Assembly: GCA_963811165.1 (NCBI GenBank)
Contig: CAWEQH010000008.1
Location: 320,001-384,000, forward strand
DNA length: 64,000 bases
DNA from: an uncultured Nitrospiraceae bacterium
GTDB lineage: Bacteria; Nitrospirota; Thermodesulfovibrionia; Thermodesulfovibrionales; UBA6898
Reading direction: 5' to 3'
Shown: positions 39,686-49,942 of the stretch, piece by piece
Layout: each line of letters opens with the position of its first letter
Numbering within the stretch: position 1 is the first letter of the stretch
Program-made: the position numbers and the translations under genes
Notes under the pieces: model-generated
Seen by the model: only the letters and a program-made list of their open reading frames with translations
Database searches by the model: none
What the model was told of the DNA's origin: nothing

Positions 39686-41437
39686 ATGAATAGACGATGG
39701 CTCCTGAACAAGACAAACCCCGAATTTATCCAGCATATATCTAAGACCGCATCTGTGTCCCCGATCTTTGCCCGGGTGCTGGTGAACAGGGGACTGAAGT
39801 CCGCTGCTGCCATTGCCGATTTCCTCGCCCCCGCGGTTGCGCAGTTGTCAGACCCCTTTGATATTAACGGCGTGGATGCGGCTGTCAGGAGAATTAAGGC
39901 GGCCATAAAAGGAAACGAGCGCATATTTGTCCACGGCGACTATGATGCCGACGGCATTTCCGCAACTGCGATCGTATATCATACGCTCAGGGAACAGGGG
40001 GCCGACTGTCTGTACTTTATCCCTGAAAGGTTCGGTCATGGCTACGGGTTCCATCCACACGGGGTGCGGGAGGCGAAGGACGCCGGGGCCTCGCTGATTA
40101 TTACGGTCGACTGCGGGATCACGTCCTTCGAGGCGGTTGCTGCCGCACACAGGGAAGGTATCGACGTCATCATCACCGACCATCATGAACCGGCCAAAAA
40201 AGCGAAGCGGGAATCGCAGGGCGAAGAAGACAAAGCCGCGATCCTTCAACCGGCCGGTCCCCCGACCCGTGACAGTATCGTGCCCGATGCATTTGCGGTC
40301 ATAAACCCCAAGATCTCAAATCAGGGGACTGCCGTTGAAAACCTTTCGGGGGCCGGGGTGGCGTTGAAATTAATGCATGCACTCTGCGGAGGCAGTCTCT
40401 CAGATATGCTTCCCCTCTTCGACCTGGCGAGTATCGGGACGATCGCGGATGTAGTGCCGTTGACTGGAGAAAACCGCGTGATAGTGCGTAACGGACTGAC
40501 GCTTATCAATAGGGGGAATCGTCCCGGGATAAGGGCCCTGATGAAGGTCGCGGGGATGGAAGGGCGGGAGGTAAGGGCGGGAAGGCTTGCATACTCGGTG
40601 ATCCCCCGGATAAATGCGGCAGGAAGGCTCGCTGCATCGAGAGACGTGGTGAAATTGCTGACAACCGACTCCGAAGACGAGGCATGGGAGATCGCGGTCT
40701 GGCTGGACAGACTGAATACGGAGAGACAACGAATAGAGGAAGTCATATTCCAGGAAGCACTTAAAAAGCTCGATGCCAAAGATACATGTTCTGCAATAGT
40801 CCTCTCGGGCCGTGGATGGCATGAGGGTGTTATCGGGATAGTTGCGTCGCGGATAGCAGAAAAGTTTTCGAGGCCCACGGTAATATTTTCGGTCGAAGAC
40901 GGGGTCGCGAAAGGTTCGGCGCGAAGTGTCCCCTCCTTTGATGTGTGTGGGGCGCTGTCGGACTGCAGTGATCTGCTTATCAGTTACGGCGGGCACAAAC
41001 AGGCCGCGGGGGTCAAACTCGAAGCGTCGAAACTGGGCGATTTCGAAAAGAGGCTCAGTTGCCTTTGCGGGGCCGGGGAGATCAAATCCGCTGCGGAGAT
41101 AACGATAGATGCAGCCGTGAACCTTTCGGATATGAACTTCGGGCTGATCAGGGAGTTGAATATGCTTGAACCCCTGGGACTCGGTAATCCCGAGCCTCTT
41201 TTCGGCGGGCGGATGCTGGATGTGCTGTCCCCGAGGATGGTTGGGTCCAAGCATGTCCGAATGAAGCTCTGTCAGAGGTCCTGCTGCGTCGATACGATAG
41301 GGTTTGATATGGGGCAGGCTATCGACAAATTCGATCTTTATGAGACCATAGATGCGGTCTTCACTCCTACCATTAACGAGTGGAACGGGGGGCGATACCT
41401 TCAGCTGGTCCTGAGGGCCTTCAGGGCGAGTGTGTAG
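39686..41437 (+). CDS. recJ: Single-stranded-DNA exonuclease RecJ
   Basis: GDYDADG, TVDCG, TDHH, PRINAAGR, GSARS, GGHKQAAG. Confidence 0.95.
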   Translation: MNRRWLLNKTNPEFIQHISKTASVSPIFARVLVNRGLKSAAAIADFLAPAVAQLSDPFDINGVDAAVRRIKAAIKGNERIFVHGDYDADGISATAIVYHTLREQGADCLYFIPERFGHGYGFHPHGVREAKDAGASLIITVDCGITSFEAVAAAHREGIDVIITDHHEPAKKAKRESQGEEDKAAILQPAGPPTRDSIVPDAFAVINPKISNQGTAVENLSGAGVALKLMHALCGGSLSDMLPLFDLASIGTIADVVPLTGENRVIVRNGLTLINRGNRPGIRALMKVAGMEGREVRAGRLAYSVIPRINAAGRLAASRDVVKLLTTDSEDEAWEIAVWLDRLNTERQRIEEVIFQEALKKLDAKDTCSAIVLSGRGWHEGVIGIVASRIAEKFSRPTVIFSVEDGVAKGSARSVPSFDVCGALSDCSDLLISYGGHKQAAGVKLEASKLGDFEKRLSCLCGAGEIKSAAEITIDAAVNLSDMNFGLIRELNMLEPLGLGNPEPLFGGRMLDVLSPRMVGSKHVRMKLCQRSCCVDTIGFDMGQAIDKFDLYETIDAVFTPTINEWNGGRYLQLVLRAFRASV

Positions 41438-41485
41438 GCGCGTTGTCTTTGGGTCCCAATTCTGCCCAAAGTAGTATAATAGGGA

Positions 41486-43612
41486 ATGCCAGACACGTTG
41501 TCACTCAACGGTCTCCTTGACAAGGTCCGTTCATACAGCCACGGGAAAGATCTTGATATCCTCGAAAACGCATATCACTTTTCGAGAGAGGCCCACTGCA
41601 GCCAGAAACGGAGCGAAGGGTCGCCCTATATAAAACATCCGCTCTCCGTCGCCTACATACTTGCCGATATCAAGATGGACGTTTCTTCCATCGCGGCCGG
41701 TCTCCTGCACGATACCATAGAGGACACGGGCACTACGATCGACAACGTCAAAAGCCTTTTCGGCAAGGAGATTGCCTTTATCGTCGAGTCCCTCACGAAG
41801 CTCTCGAAAGTTGAGTTCAGGACGCAGAAAGAGGCCCAGGCCGAAAACTTCCGCAAGATGCTCCTTGCCATGTCCGAGGACGTGAGGGTGATCCTTATAA
41901 AATTTGCCGACAGGCTCCATAACATGCGCACCCTCCAGCACCTGCCGGAAAACAAGCGACAGAGGATAGCCGCGGAGACACTCGAAATATACGCCCCCCT
42001 TGCCAACAGGCTCGGCATCGGCTGGCTGAGGGCCGAGTTTGAGGACCTGAGCTTTAAATTCCTGATGCCCGATCTCTACGAGGAATTGGTCAGAAAGGTG
42101 GCGACGAGAAAAGAAGAGCAGGAAGGCTATATCAGGGAGCTTATCGAACTCATCGATAAGAAACTGAAGGAAGAGGGGCTGCCCGGCAGGGTCAGCGGAC
42201 GGATCAAGCACCACTACGGGATTTACCAGAAAATGCAGAAACAGAGGATCACCTTCGAACAGGTCCACGATGTCCTCGGACTGAGGATACTGACGGACAC
42301 GAAGGCGAACTGCTACGCGATTCTCGGACTGATACATTCTCTCTGGACCCCCATCCCCGGAAGGTTCAAGGATTATATCGGCGTGCCGAAATCAAACATG
42401 TATCAGTCCCTTCATACTACCGTCATAGGCCCCAAAGGCGAGAGGGTCGAATTCCAGATAAGGACGGAGGAGATGCACAGGATTGCCGAGGAGGGGATCG
42501 CGTCCCACTGGAAATACAAGGAAAAGGGGGCTCTCGACGAAAAGAGCAGCAAGTACATATCGTGGCTCAGGGACCTTGTGCAGGTACAAAAAGACGTTCC
42601 CGACGCAATGGATTTTCTCGAGGCGGTAAAAGGCGAGGTGGTACCCGAGGTGGTGTATGTTTTCACCCCCAAAGGGGAGATAAAGGAAATGCCCATCGGC
42701 TCCACGCCCGTCGATTTTGCTTACAGCGTCCATACCCAGGTAGGCCACAGGTGCGTAGGCGCGAAGATAAACGGTAAGATAGTCCCGCTCAGATACAAAC
42801 TGAAAAACGGGGACACGATCGAGATCATTACGTCTCAAACGCATGGGCCGAGCAGGGACTGGCTCAAATTCGTCGTGACCCAGAGGGCGAAGACCCGGGT
42901 CAAGCAGTGGATAAAGGCCGAGGAGAGGCACCAGAGCGTAGAACTCGGGATCAAACTTTTGGAAGGTGAACTCAGGAAGCATAACATGAGCAATGCGCTC
43001 ATGAAATCGGATGACATCCTGAAAGTGGCGAAGGCTCTCGGTATGACTTCGCTCGAAGACCTTTTCGTATCGGTCGGGTTCGGAAAGGTTTCCCCCCATC
43101 AAGTCGTCAACAGGCTGCTTCCTGAAAAGGTCGCTGAAGAGCCCGAGCCGGTCAGGCTGAGAAAACCGGTCAAGGAACATAAAGGCGTCAGCATCAAAGG
43201 GATCGATGATGTGCTCTACCATACGGCGAAATGTTGCTACCCCGTCCCCGGAGACAATCTCGTCGGGTTCGTAACCATAGGCAAGGGTGTTACGGTCCAC
43301 CGCCGCGACTGCTCCAACCTCGAACGCCTTGTCGTGGAGGACGCCCGCCTTGTCGACGTCGAATGGCAGCCATCAGGCGATGCGACGGCGAACGCCAGGC
43401 TTTTTGTCGAGACCGTTGACAAACCCGGGATCCTGGCGAACCTTTCGGCCCTGATCTCATCCGTCAACATAAATATTAACCATCTCGCGGTTTCGACTCA
43501 GGACCTGAAAGGGCACATAACCTTTATCATAGGCGTCAAGGACCTGTCGCAGCTGAAAGCACTTATCCAAAAGATAAGCCAGATGGAAGGCATATTGAGG
43601 GTGAAGAGATAA
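41486..43612 (+). CDS. spoT: Bifunctional (p)ppGpp synthetase/hydrolase (Rel/SpoT)
   Basis: HD domain LLHDTIED, DRLHNMRT, RFKDYI, YQSLHT, TGS and ACT domains. Confidence 0.93.
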   Translation: MPDTLSLNGLLDKVRSYSHGKDLDILENAYHFSREAHCSQKRSEGSPYIKHPLSVAYILADIKMDVSSIAAGLLHDTIEDTGTTIDNVKSLFGKEIAFIVESLTKLSKVEFRTQKEAQAENFRKMLLAMSEDVRVILIKFADRLHNMRTLQHLPENKRQRIAAETLEIYAPLANRLGIGWLRAEFEDLSFKFLMPDLYEELVRKVATRKEEQEGYIRELIELIDKKLKEEGLPGRVSGRIKHHYGIYQKMQKQRITFEQVHDVLGLRILTDTKANCYAILGLIHSLWTPIPGRFKDYIGVPKSNMYQSLHTTVIGPKGERVEFQIRTEEMHRIAEEGIASHWKYKEKGALDEKSSKYISWLRDLVQVQKDVPDAMDFLEAVKGEVVPEVVYVFTPKGEIKEMPIGSTPVDFAYSVHTQVGHRCVGAKINGKIVPLRYKLKNGDTIEIITSQTHGPSRDWLKFVVTQRAKTRVKQWIKAEERHQSVELGIKLLEGELRKHNMSNALMKSDDILKVAKALGMTSLEDLFVSVGFGKVSPHQVVNRLLPEKVAEEPEPVRLRKPVKEHKGVSIKGIDDVLYHTAKCCYPVPGDNLVGFVTIGKGVTVHRRDCSNLERLVVEDARLVDVEWQPSGDATANARLFVETVDKPGILANLSALISSVNININHLAVSTQDLKGHITFIIGVKDLSQLKALIQKISQMEGILRVKR

Positions 43613-43692
43613 CAGGGCCGGTCAGGGTGAAATTAACACTTTTTTTGTTATATAATTGCGTATGCCCTTTGCAAATTAAGGAGAAGACCTGA

Positions 43693-44496
43693 ATGAAAAA
43701 ATATACCGTCCTTGCCTGCTTTTTCGCGATCTCGTTATTGTTAATGCACCGTAGCGTATATGCGTTCGGAGGGTGCGAGGAAAACTGCGAGAAGTGCCAT
43801 TCCCTGGATCAAAAAGAAGTCCAGGGTATTTTCGAGAAGATGAAGGCGCCCGATATGAAGGTGCTGGACATTAAGATGAGTCCCGTACGGGGACTATGGG
43901 AAGTATCGGTCGAGAATAAAGGCAATCGCGGGGTGATGTATGTGGGTTTTTCAAAAAAATATATCATGCCCGGCCCGATATACGAAGTGGAGACGGCATC
44001 CAATAAGACACAGGAGAGTCTAAGCGGGCAGAGCGAACCGGCCGACCGGTACGTCGACGTCAAGAGGATCCCGATCGGTGATGCGCTCCTGCTGGGAGAA
44101 AGGGACGCCCGCTACAAGGTGATCGTCTTTACCGATCCGGACTGTCCTTACTGCGCTAAGCTGCATGCAGAGCTGAAAAAAGTCGTGTCCGACAGAAAAG
44201 ACATAGCCTTTTATCTTAAGCTTATGCCCCTCAAATTCCATCCCGATGCCTACTGGAAAGCTCAGAGTATCCTCTGCGCGAAATCCGTGCAGAGGCTTGA
44301 GGAAAATTTCGGAAAGAGGCCGATCCCAAAGCCTGAGTGTGAGACGAGGGCCGTGGATGAAACGATCAACCTGGGAAAGGAACTCGGGATAACCGGCACG
44401 CCCACATTGATAATGCCCGATGGTCTTGTCGTCGTTGGGGGGAGAGAGGCTGATAAGATCGAGGAGCTTGTCTTAAATCCTAAGAAAAAGGGGTAG
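43693..44496 (+). CDS. DsbC-family thiol:disulfide isomerase with an N-terminal CxxCH
   Basis: Signal peptide, GGCEENCEKCH, FTDPDCPYC, GITGTPT. Confidence 0.85.
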   Translation: MKKYTVLACFFAISLLLMHRSVYAFGGCEENCEKCHSLDQKEVQGIFEKMKAPDMKVLDIKMSPVRGLWEVSVENKGNRGVMYVGFSKKYIMPGPIYEVETASNKTQESLSGQSEPADRYVDVKRIPIGDALLLGERDARYKVIVFTDPDCPYCAKLHAELKKVVSDRKDIAFYLKLMPLKFHPDAYWKAQSILCAKSVQRLEENFGKRPIPKPECETRAVDETINLGKELGITGTPTLIMPDGLVVVGGREADKIEELVLNPKKKG

Positions 44497-44507
44497 AGAG
44501 GGAAATT

Positions 44508-45164
44508 ATGAGGGTATCGTTCATATTTTTTGTTTTTGCGGCTTTGGCATGCATGCCGTCCCTTTCTTATTCGGATGTAAAGGTAACGCTGACAAACGGC
44601 AGGGAGATCATAGCCGATACGTGTGAGGAGGAAGGCGGCCAGCTCGTTTGTACGAAAATGGGAGGCGCCTTCAATATCGAAAAAAAGGATGTGGGGAGCA
44701 TCAAGGAGATAAAAGGCGGGGGGGACGAGCCCTTTTCTAAAGAGCCGGCTTCCCCTGTGTCTACGGAACCTGAAAAGAAGACGGACGACACTCCGGGCGT
44801 GAGCCGTGCAGACAAGGGAAAGCCGGCCGCCGGCGGACAAGCCGAAGCGATGAAGCGGCTTGAAGAGGTTACACAAAAAAAACGGGAACTGTCCTCCGAG
44901 CGCGAGAAGCTGGTGAAGGAAGGAGAGCAGCTTCAGGAGGATCTCAAGAAGGCGCCCGACTGGATGCCTACAAAGCAATATGATGAACTCAACGCGAGGA
45001 ACGAGCAACTCAAGGAAAAGATTAAGCTCTTCAACGAAGAGACGGGAAGGCTCAATGAAGAAGAGAAGCAGATAGTCGAGGGGCTGAAAAAAGAAAGACT
45101 GAGCGGCATAAATGGCACACCGCCTGAGTTCTGGATTGTGTGCCGGAATTTATCCTTCCATTAA
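44508..45164 (+). CDS. Exported hypothetical protein with a coiled coil
   Basis: Signal peptide, short beta domain, linker, long charged heptad region. Confidence 0.65.
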   Translation: MRVSFIFFVFAALACMPSLSYSDVKVTLTNGREIIADTCEEEGGQLVCTKMGGAFNIEKKDVGSIKEIKGGGDEPFSKEPASPVSTEPEKKTDDTPGVSRADKGKPAAGGQAEAMKRLEEVTQKKRELSSEREKLVKEGEQLQEDLKKAPDWMPTKQYDELNARNEQLKEKIKLFNEETGRLNEEEKQIVEGLKKERLSGINGTPPEFWIVCRNLSFH

Positions 45165-45197
45165 GATCTTCACCCTATGGAGCCGACAGGGGCGTAA

Positions 45198-46316
45198 TTG
45201 AAAATTCTTCAGATCATCTATGAAAGTTATGGGAACCCTTTTGGGGTCGGGGGTGCCGGCGTAAGGGCATATGAGGTGTACAAAAGGCTGCGGGACCGGC
45301 ACGAGATCACCTTGCTTTGCATGAAATATCCCGGGGCGAACGATGGATACATCGAGGGACTCAGACATGTCTTCGTCGGAACAGAAAGCAGGAGTCTTGC
45401 GAAAAGCGTCATCGCGTTTACTATACGGGCCGGCAGGTTTGTGCGTCTTTTCGGCAACGACTTCGACGTCATAGTCGAGAATTTTCTTCCTTCAACGCCT
45501 TTTTTTTCGAGGTTCCTTTCGAAGTCGCCGGTTATTCTGCAGATCCAGGGTGTGATGTACGGGCATTCATTAAGAAAATTTAACCCTCTATACTCTGTGC
45601 CGATGTATACCGTAGAGAAGGTATATCCATCGTTTCACGACCGCTTTATCTTCGTCTCGGAGGTTACGCGCGCCAAGGTGATGCGCGGCGTAGGGAGGCC
45701 GGTGAAACTCTGCCGGGTAATTCCCAACGGCGTCGGTGACGACCTCCTCGCGGCGGAAACTGCGGAGGGGGATTACATCCTTTTTTTTAGCAGGATAGAC
45801 GTATATACGAAGGGTATCGATATCCTGCTTGGGGCTTTCGAAAGTCTGGTACGGGAGTTTCCCGGCGTCAGGCTTGTCATGGCCGGATACGAGTTCGATA
45901 GTTATGAGAGGCTCGTTTCGGGGCTTCCGGAGGAGATTAAGCATAAAGTCGAATATGCGGGATTCCTGACGGGATTGCAAAAGACCGCCCTTCTGTCCGG
46001 TGCGAGGATCGTCGTACTGCCCTCCCGGCATGAATCATCGCCGGTAAGCATCATCGAGGCCGCTGCATGCGGCAAACCGCTCGTCGTCAGCGACATAGAG
46101 GAGATGAAGTTCGTCGAGGACAATAATTTCGGCGTGAGATTCCCTTCGGGATCGGTGAAGGGGCTGAAAGATAAGATGGCCCTTCTCCTGAGTGACTGCG
46201 CATTGAGAACTGAGTTGGGCGCGAGGGGGCGTGAATATTCGAGAAGGTTTTTGTGGGGCTCCATTGCGAAGGAATTTGAAAATACCTTAGAATTAACAGT
46301 TCATGAGCAAAAATAA
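45198..46316 (+). CDS. Glycosyltransferase family 4
   Basis: GGAG N-terminal loop, IPNGV, KGIDIL, PSRHESSPVSIIEAAACGKP. Confidence 0.9.
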   Translation: MKILQIIYESYGNPFGVGGAGVRAYEVYKRLRDRHEITLLCMKYPGANDGYIEGLRHVFVGTESRSLAKSVIAFTIRAGRFVRLFGNDFDVIVENFLPSTPFFSRFLSKSPVILQIQGVMYGHSLRKFNPLYSVPMYTVEKVYPSFHDRFIFVSEVTRAKVMRGVGRPVKLCRVIPNGVGDDLLAAETAEGDYILFFSRIDVYTKGIDILLGAFESLVREFPGVRLVMAGYEFDSYERLVSGLPEEIKHKVEYAGFLTGLQKTALLSGARIVVLPSRHESSPVSIIEAAACGKPLVVSDIEEMKFVEDNNFGVRFPSGSVKGLKDKMALLLSDCALRTELGARGREYSRRFLWGSIAKEFENTLELTVHEQK

Positions 46317-48552
46317 GAAGAAAGCAGTCAACAATAGTAAAAGGGGTTTATCTCCAGAAGTCTTCGGCGAGAGCAGACGAATGCATCTTGGCGCAGTGGC
46401 CTTTTTGTTTTTTTCGACTTTTATTGCGTACTCGGTTTCTCTTCACGGAACATGGGCGCTGGACGACAGTTTTATCGGACAGTTCCAGAACATATCAAGC
46501 GTACTCAACTTCCGCTTAGGTTACAGAAAAATCGCCTATCTGACCTTCCAGGTCAATAAGCTGATCGACCCCCTTAGTCCCCTGAATTACAGGGTATTTA
46601 ATATCCTTATCCACGTTGTGAATGCTTTCCTCCTTTACTGGATAGCCTTTCTGACTTTGCGCCTTAAGGACTTAAAGGATGAATACGGCCGTTATGCATA
46701 CGCCGTTTCGCTTGTGAGCGCTGTGGTTTTCGCGCTCCATCCGATTAATATCAACGCCGTTACCTATATAGTTCAGAGGATGGCGTCCCTGGCTACGATG
46801 TTTACCCTTCTTGCGTTGCTCTGTTATATCTCCGCCAGGACTTCGGGCAGCGTGAAGAAGTCCGCGGGCATGTATGCGGCAACTGCGGCGTGTATCGTAC
46901 TGGGGATATTCTCAAAAGAAAACGGCGTTATGGCCATCCCCCTTTTATTGCTGTATGACTTCTTTTTCCTTCAGAAAGAATTCAGGAAAGGCCTCGTTCA
47001 GGCCGGTATAGGCATCGCAGCGGTAGTGATCGTGCTGGGGGTGTCCTCTTTCTTTCTTGATTTCAAAAAGGCGTTTATCGCCATAGCGGATACACTGTTA
47101 CGGCCGAACCGGCCGATAGAAGCGTTGAGCTGGACCGCGATTGACGTCTACTGGACGCCGCTTCAGCATATTCTCACCGAGTTCAGGGTTGTGGTGAGAT
47201 ACATATTTCTCCTGTTTGTGCCGCTGCCCCGGTTCCTTGTCTTCGATTGGTGGGGATTCCCGATTTCAACCGGCATCGCAGCCCCGCTGTCGACCCTATC
47301 ATCGTTTTTCATTATTGTGTCTCTCATATCTTTTGCTGTTTATAAGCGCAAAGAGCTGCCCTTTCTTTCCTTCGGGATACTCTGGTATTTTATTGCGCTC
47401 TCCCTGGAAAGCTTTATTGCGGTGGGCGCGGACCTTTATTTTGAACATAGAAACTACCTTCCCGTGGCGGGACTTTTCTTCGGCGTGTCGGCCCAGATAC
47501 TGACTGCGGGCGCTCTCAGGGAAAGGGTCCTCAGAGGGAGGGTCCTCTGGACCGGAATCGTAGTCCTGTCGTTGTTTCTCGGCCTTTTGACCTTCCAGCG
47601 AAACCTCGCCTGGAAGGATTCCATAACCTTATGGACCGATACTGTTCACAAGACCGAAGGGAACCTCAGGGCTATGATCGCACTCGGCAACTCTTACCTC
47701 AAGATGTCTGATGTAGCCTCGGCGAAGGAATATTACCGGCAGGTCATGGACATCAGTATGGCCGACAGAAGGGCACAGTTTTTTCAGGATTCGGCATACA
47801 GTCTGGGCATGATTTATCTTTTCACGGACGACCTGGAAAGGGCAAAGAGCGTAATAGCACTGCTGGATGCCAAGATGGAGGCGCCCCTGAAGGTGAACAT
47901 ACTGAAGGCCTTTTACCGCTCCTCAACCGGAGACATCGAGGGCGCGGTAAAAATGTATACCCTCATTTTGCCGAAGACCTCCGGGTTGGACAGGGTTATC
48001 GTGTATACGCTGCTGGGTGATGCGTATCGCAAAAAGGAGCGGCCCGATGAGGCGTTGAAATATTATAAGAGCGCCGTGGCGGAAGATCCTTCTTTTGCCG
48101 CCGCATACTACGGCATGGGGGATGCGTACCTTATGAAGAGGGACCTTGGCAGGGCCACCGATTGCATAAATATGACTCTGAAGATCGCCCCCGAACATGT
48201 GCTGGCCCTGTCGGAAATGGCCGAGATACTGCTCACACAGAAAGCCTCTGTCGAAAAGGCGAGGGTCTACGCGGCGAAGGCGGTGGCGCTTGCCCCGGTA
48301 TTCTATCAGCCTTACCTGACGATGGGCAACGTACTCCTGGTCTACGGGCGCGATAAAGCCGCCGAAGAATATTTCAAAAAAGGGTTAGAGAGAGGCGCGA
48401 AAGAGTATATGATCCCTTTTAGCAAGGCCCGGGCATATTTCCTCATGGGTGATAAAGAAAAGGTTTTTTCCAATTTGCGGGACGTCCTTTCGATGAAGGA
48501 TACCCCGGAAAATCTAAGGAAGATGATCGAAAGAAACATGGACAAAATGTGA
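46303..48552 (+). CDS. TMTC-like GT-C membrane glycosyltransferase with C-terminal TPR repeats
   Basis: TM1 followed by DD, NILIHVVN, FALHPI..AVTYIVQR, SKEN, EHRNYLP, RNLAWKDSITLWTD, then TPR helices. Confidence 0.8.
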   Translation: MSKNKKKAVNNSKRGLSPEVFGESRRMHLGAVAFLFFSTFIAYSVSLHGTWALDDSFIGQFQNISSVLNFRLGYRKIAYLTFQVNKLIDPLSPLNYRVFNILIHVVNAFLLYWIAFLTLRLKDLKDEYGRYAYAVSLVSAVVFALHPININAVTYIVQRMASLATMFTLLALLCYISARTSGSVKKSAGMYAATAACIVLGIFSKENGVMAIPLLLLYDFFFLQKEFRKGLVQAGIGIAAVVIVLGVSSFFLDFKKAFIAIADTLLRPNRPIEALSWTAIDVYWTPLQHILTEFRVVVRYIFLLFVPLPRFLVFDWWGFPISTGIAAPLSTLSSFFIIVSLISFAVYKRKELPFLSFGILWYFIALSLESFIAVGADLYFEHRNYLPVAGLFFGVSAQILTAGALRERVLRGRVLWTGIVVLSLFLGLLTFQRNLAWKDSITLWTDTVHKTEGNLRAMIALGNSYLKMSDVASAKEYYRQVMDISMADRRAQFFQDSAYSLGMIYLFTDDLERAKSVIALLDAKMEAPLKVNILKAFYRSSTGDIEGAVKMYTLILPKTSGLDRVIVYTLLGDAYRKKERPDEALKYYKSAVAEDPSFAAAYYGMGDAYLMKRDLGRATDCINMTLKIAPEHVLALSEMAEILLTQKASVEKARVYAAKAVALAPVFYQPYLTMGNVLLVYGRDKAAEEYFKKGLERGAKEYMIPFSKARAYFLMGDKEKVFSNLRDVLSMKDTPENLRKMIERNMDKM

Positions 48553-48561
48553 CGGCCGCCG

Positions 48562-48933
48562 TCAGGTGTCGCTGCCTTTGTCTTCTCCTCCTGCGCTCTT
48601 GTCCAACTCCGACTCCAGGAGCGCTATCTTCTGGCTCAGTTCCTTGATCTTCCCGGATAGGTCCGAAATGACTGAAGAAAAGTAAAGCAGTGCAAGGACT
48701 AGGCAGAATATCATCCATGCGAAAACAAGCGCCGGCGGGTATCCTATGCCGAGCCTCTTTGCGAAGGGGTCTATGATTTTGTCGGCAACCGAACCTGCCA
48801 TCAATGCAATTGCCACTGCGAACCAGGCTATCGACAATTCCTCCCTGAACCGTTTGCTCCTGACAAGTTCGAATATGGCGATGAAAAGGATTATGCCCAT
48901 GCCGAGAATGATTATTCTGATCCCAGCAGACAT
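48562..48933 (-). CDS. DUF2304 small membrane protein (GT2 partner)
   Basis: Three TM helices, LGIGYPPAL, KIKELSQKIALLE; start overlaps the GT2 stop. Confidence 0.8.
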   Translation of the reverse strand: MSAGIRIIILGMGIILFIAIFELVRSKRFREELSIAWFAVAIALMAGSVADKIIDPFAKRLGIGYPPALVFAWMIFCLVLALLYFSSVISDLSGKIKELSQKIALLESELDKSAGGEDKGSDT

Positions 48934-49634
48934 TACCGGCCCTTCCCCCTGACGAGGACCATGATAATTGCGAGACACATTTTGAGGACGTAAAGCAGTG
49001 GTCTCACCCCGCTATGCATCGACCTGCCGTCGGCATTTTCCCTCATGACTACCGGCGCCTCCGCAATTTTGAATCTGCTCTTATGGAGGGCCATGATGAT
49101 ATTCACGTCGGGATAGTCGAGCGGGTAATTGTCTCCCTCGGCGAGGTAGGTGAACGCGTCCCTGCCGATGAGTTGAAAGCCCGACGTAGGGTCGGTGATA
49201 CCGACGCCGGTGTATGCCTTCGCGATGAAGGAGAAGAGCTTTATGCCGATCCTTCTCAATAAATCGATCTTGTAACCCCGGCCCGTGAATCTCGAACCGA
49301 TAACGACGTCGGCCCCGCTGCCCTTCATGACATTTATGAGGCTGCAGGCAGACGAGGAATCATGTTGCCCGTCCGCGTCCAACGTTATTACGAAATCATA
49401 TCCCCTCTTCACGGCAAACCGGAAACCCGTCTGCAGCGTGGCCCCGTAGCCCAAGTTAAAAGGATGACTCACCACAGGGACGCCTTCCGTGATCGCAGCG
49501 TTACGCGTTCCGTCGTCAGAGCCGTCGTCAACGACCAGGATGTCGGAAGAAGGGATGTTTTTTCTTGTTTCGGCGATGACGGAGGCGACCATCTTCTCTT
49601 CATTATATGCCGGTATGATCACAAGGTATTTCAT
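48933..49634 (-). CDS. GT2 polyprenyl-phosphate glycosyltransferase (DPM1/GacI-like)
   Basis: IIPAYNEE, VVDDGSDD, NLGYG, DADGQH, IGSRF, DPTSGF. Confidence 0.9.
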   Translation of the reverse strand: MKYLVIIPAYNEEKMVASVIAETRKNIPSSDILVVDDGSDDGTRNAAITEGVPVVSHPFNLGYGATLQTGFRFAVKRGYDFVITLDADGQHDSSSACSLINVMKGSGADVVIGSRFTGRGYKIDLLRRIGIKLFSFIAKAYTGVGITDPTSGFQLIGRDAFTYLAEGDNYPLDYPDVNIIMALHKSRFKIAEAPVVMRENADGRSMHSGVRPLLYVLKMCLAIIMVLVRGKGR

Positions 49635-49942
49635 GAATATGATCCGAAGACGATCACCCAGTATAGATGCCCGGAAATCATATTTTGTTATTATACGTGA
49701 CAGGTGTCCGGGTTATCAAGAAATATGCTCCATATCGTTGAAATGGCCTGCCGGTATATGACGATACCGCCGGCTTTGAGGATTTTTTTAAAAAATCTTG
49801 CCGTCGTCCGTAACGGGATACTCGCATCTTAAGCGAAAGAATCGGGTATCAGAAATATGATACTGATATGGCTTCCCGACCGCCTTCTTAGCCGGGCGTT
49901 TCCTTGACATAGGAAGGTAAATAAATTATCTTATGTAACATA

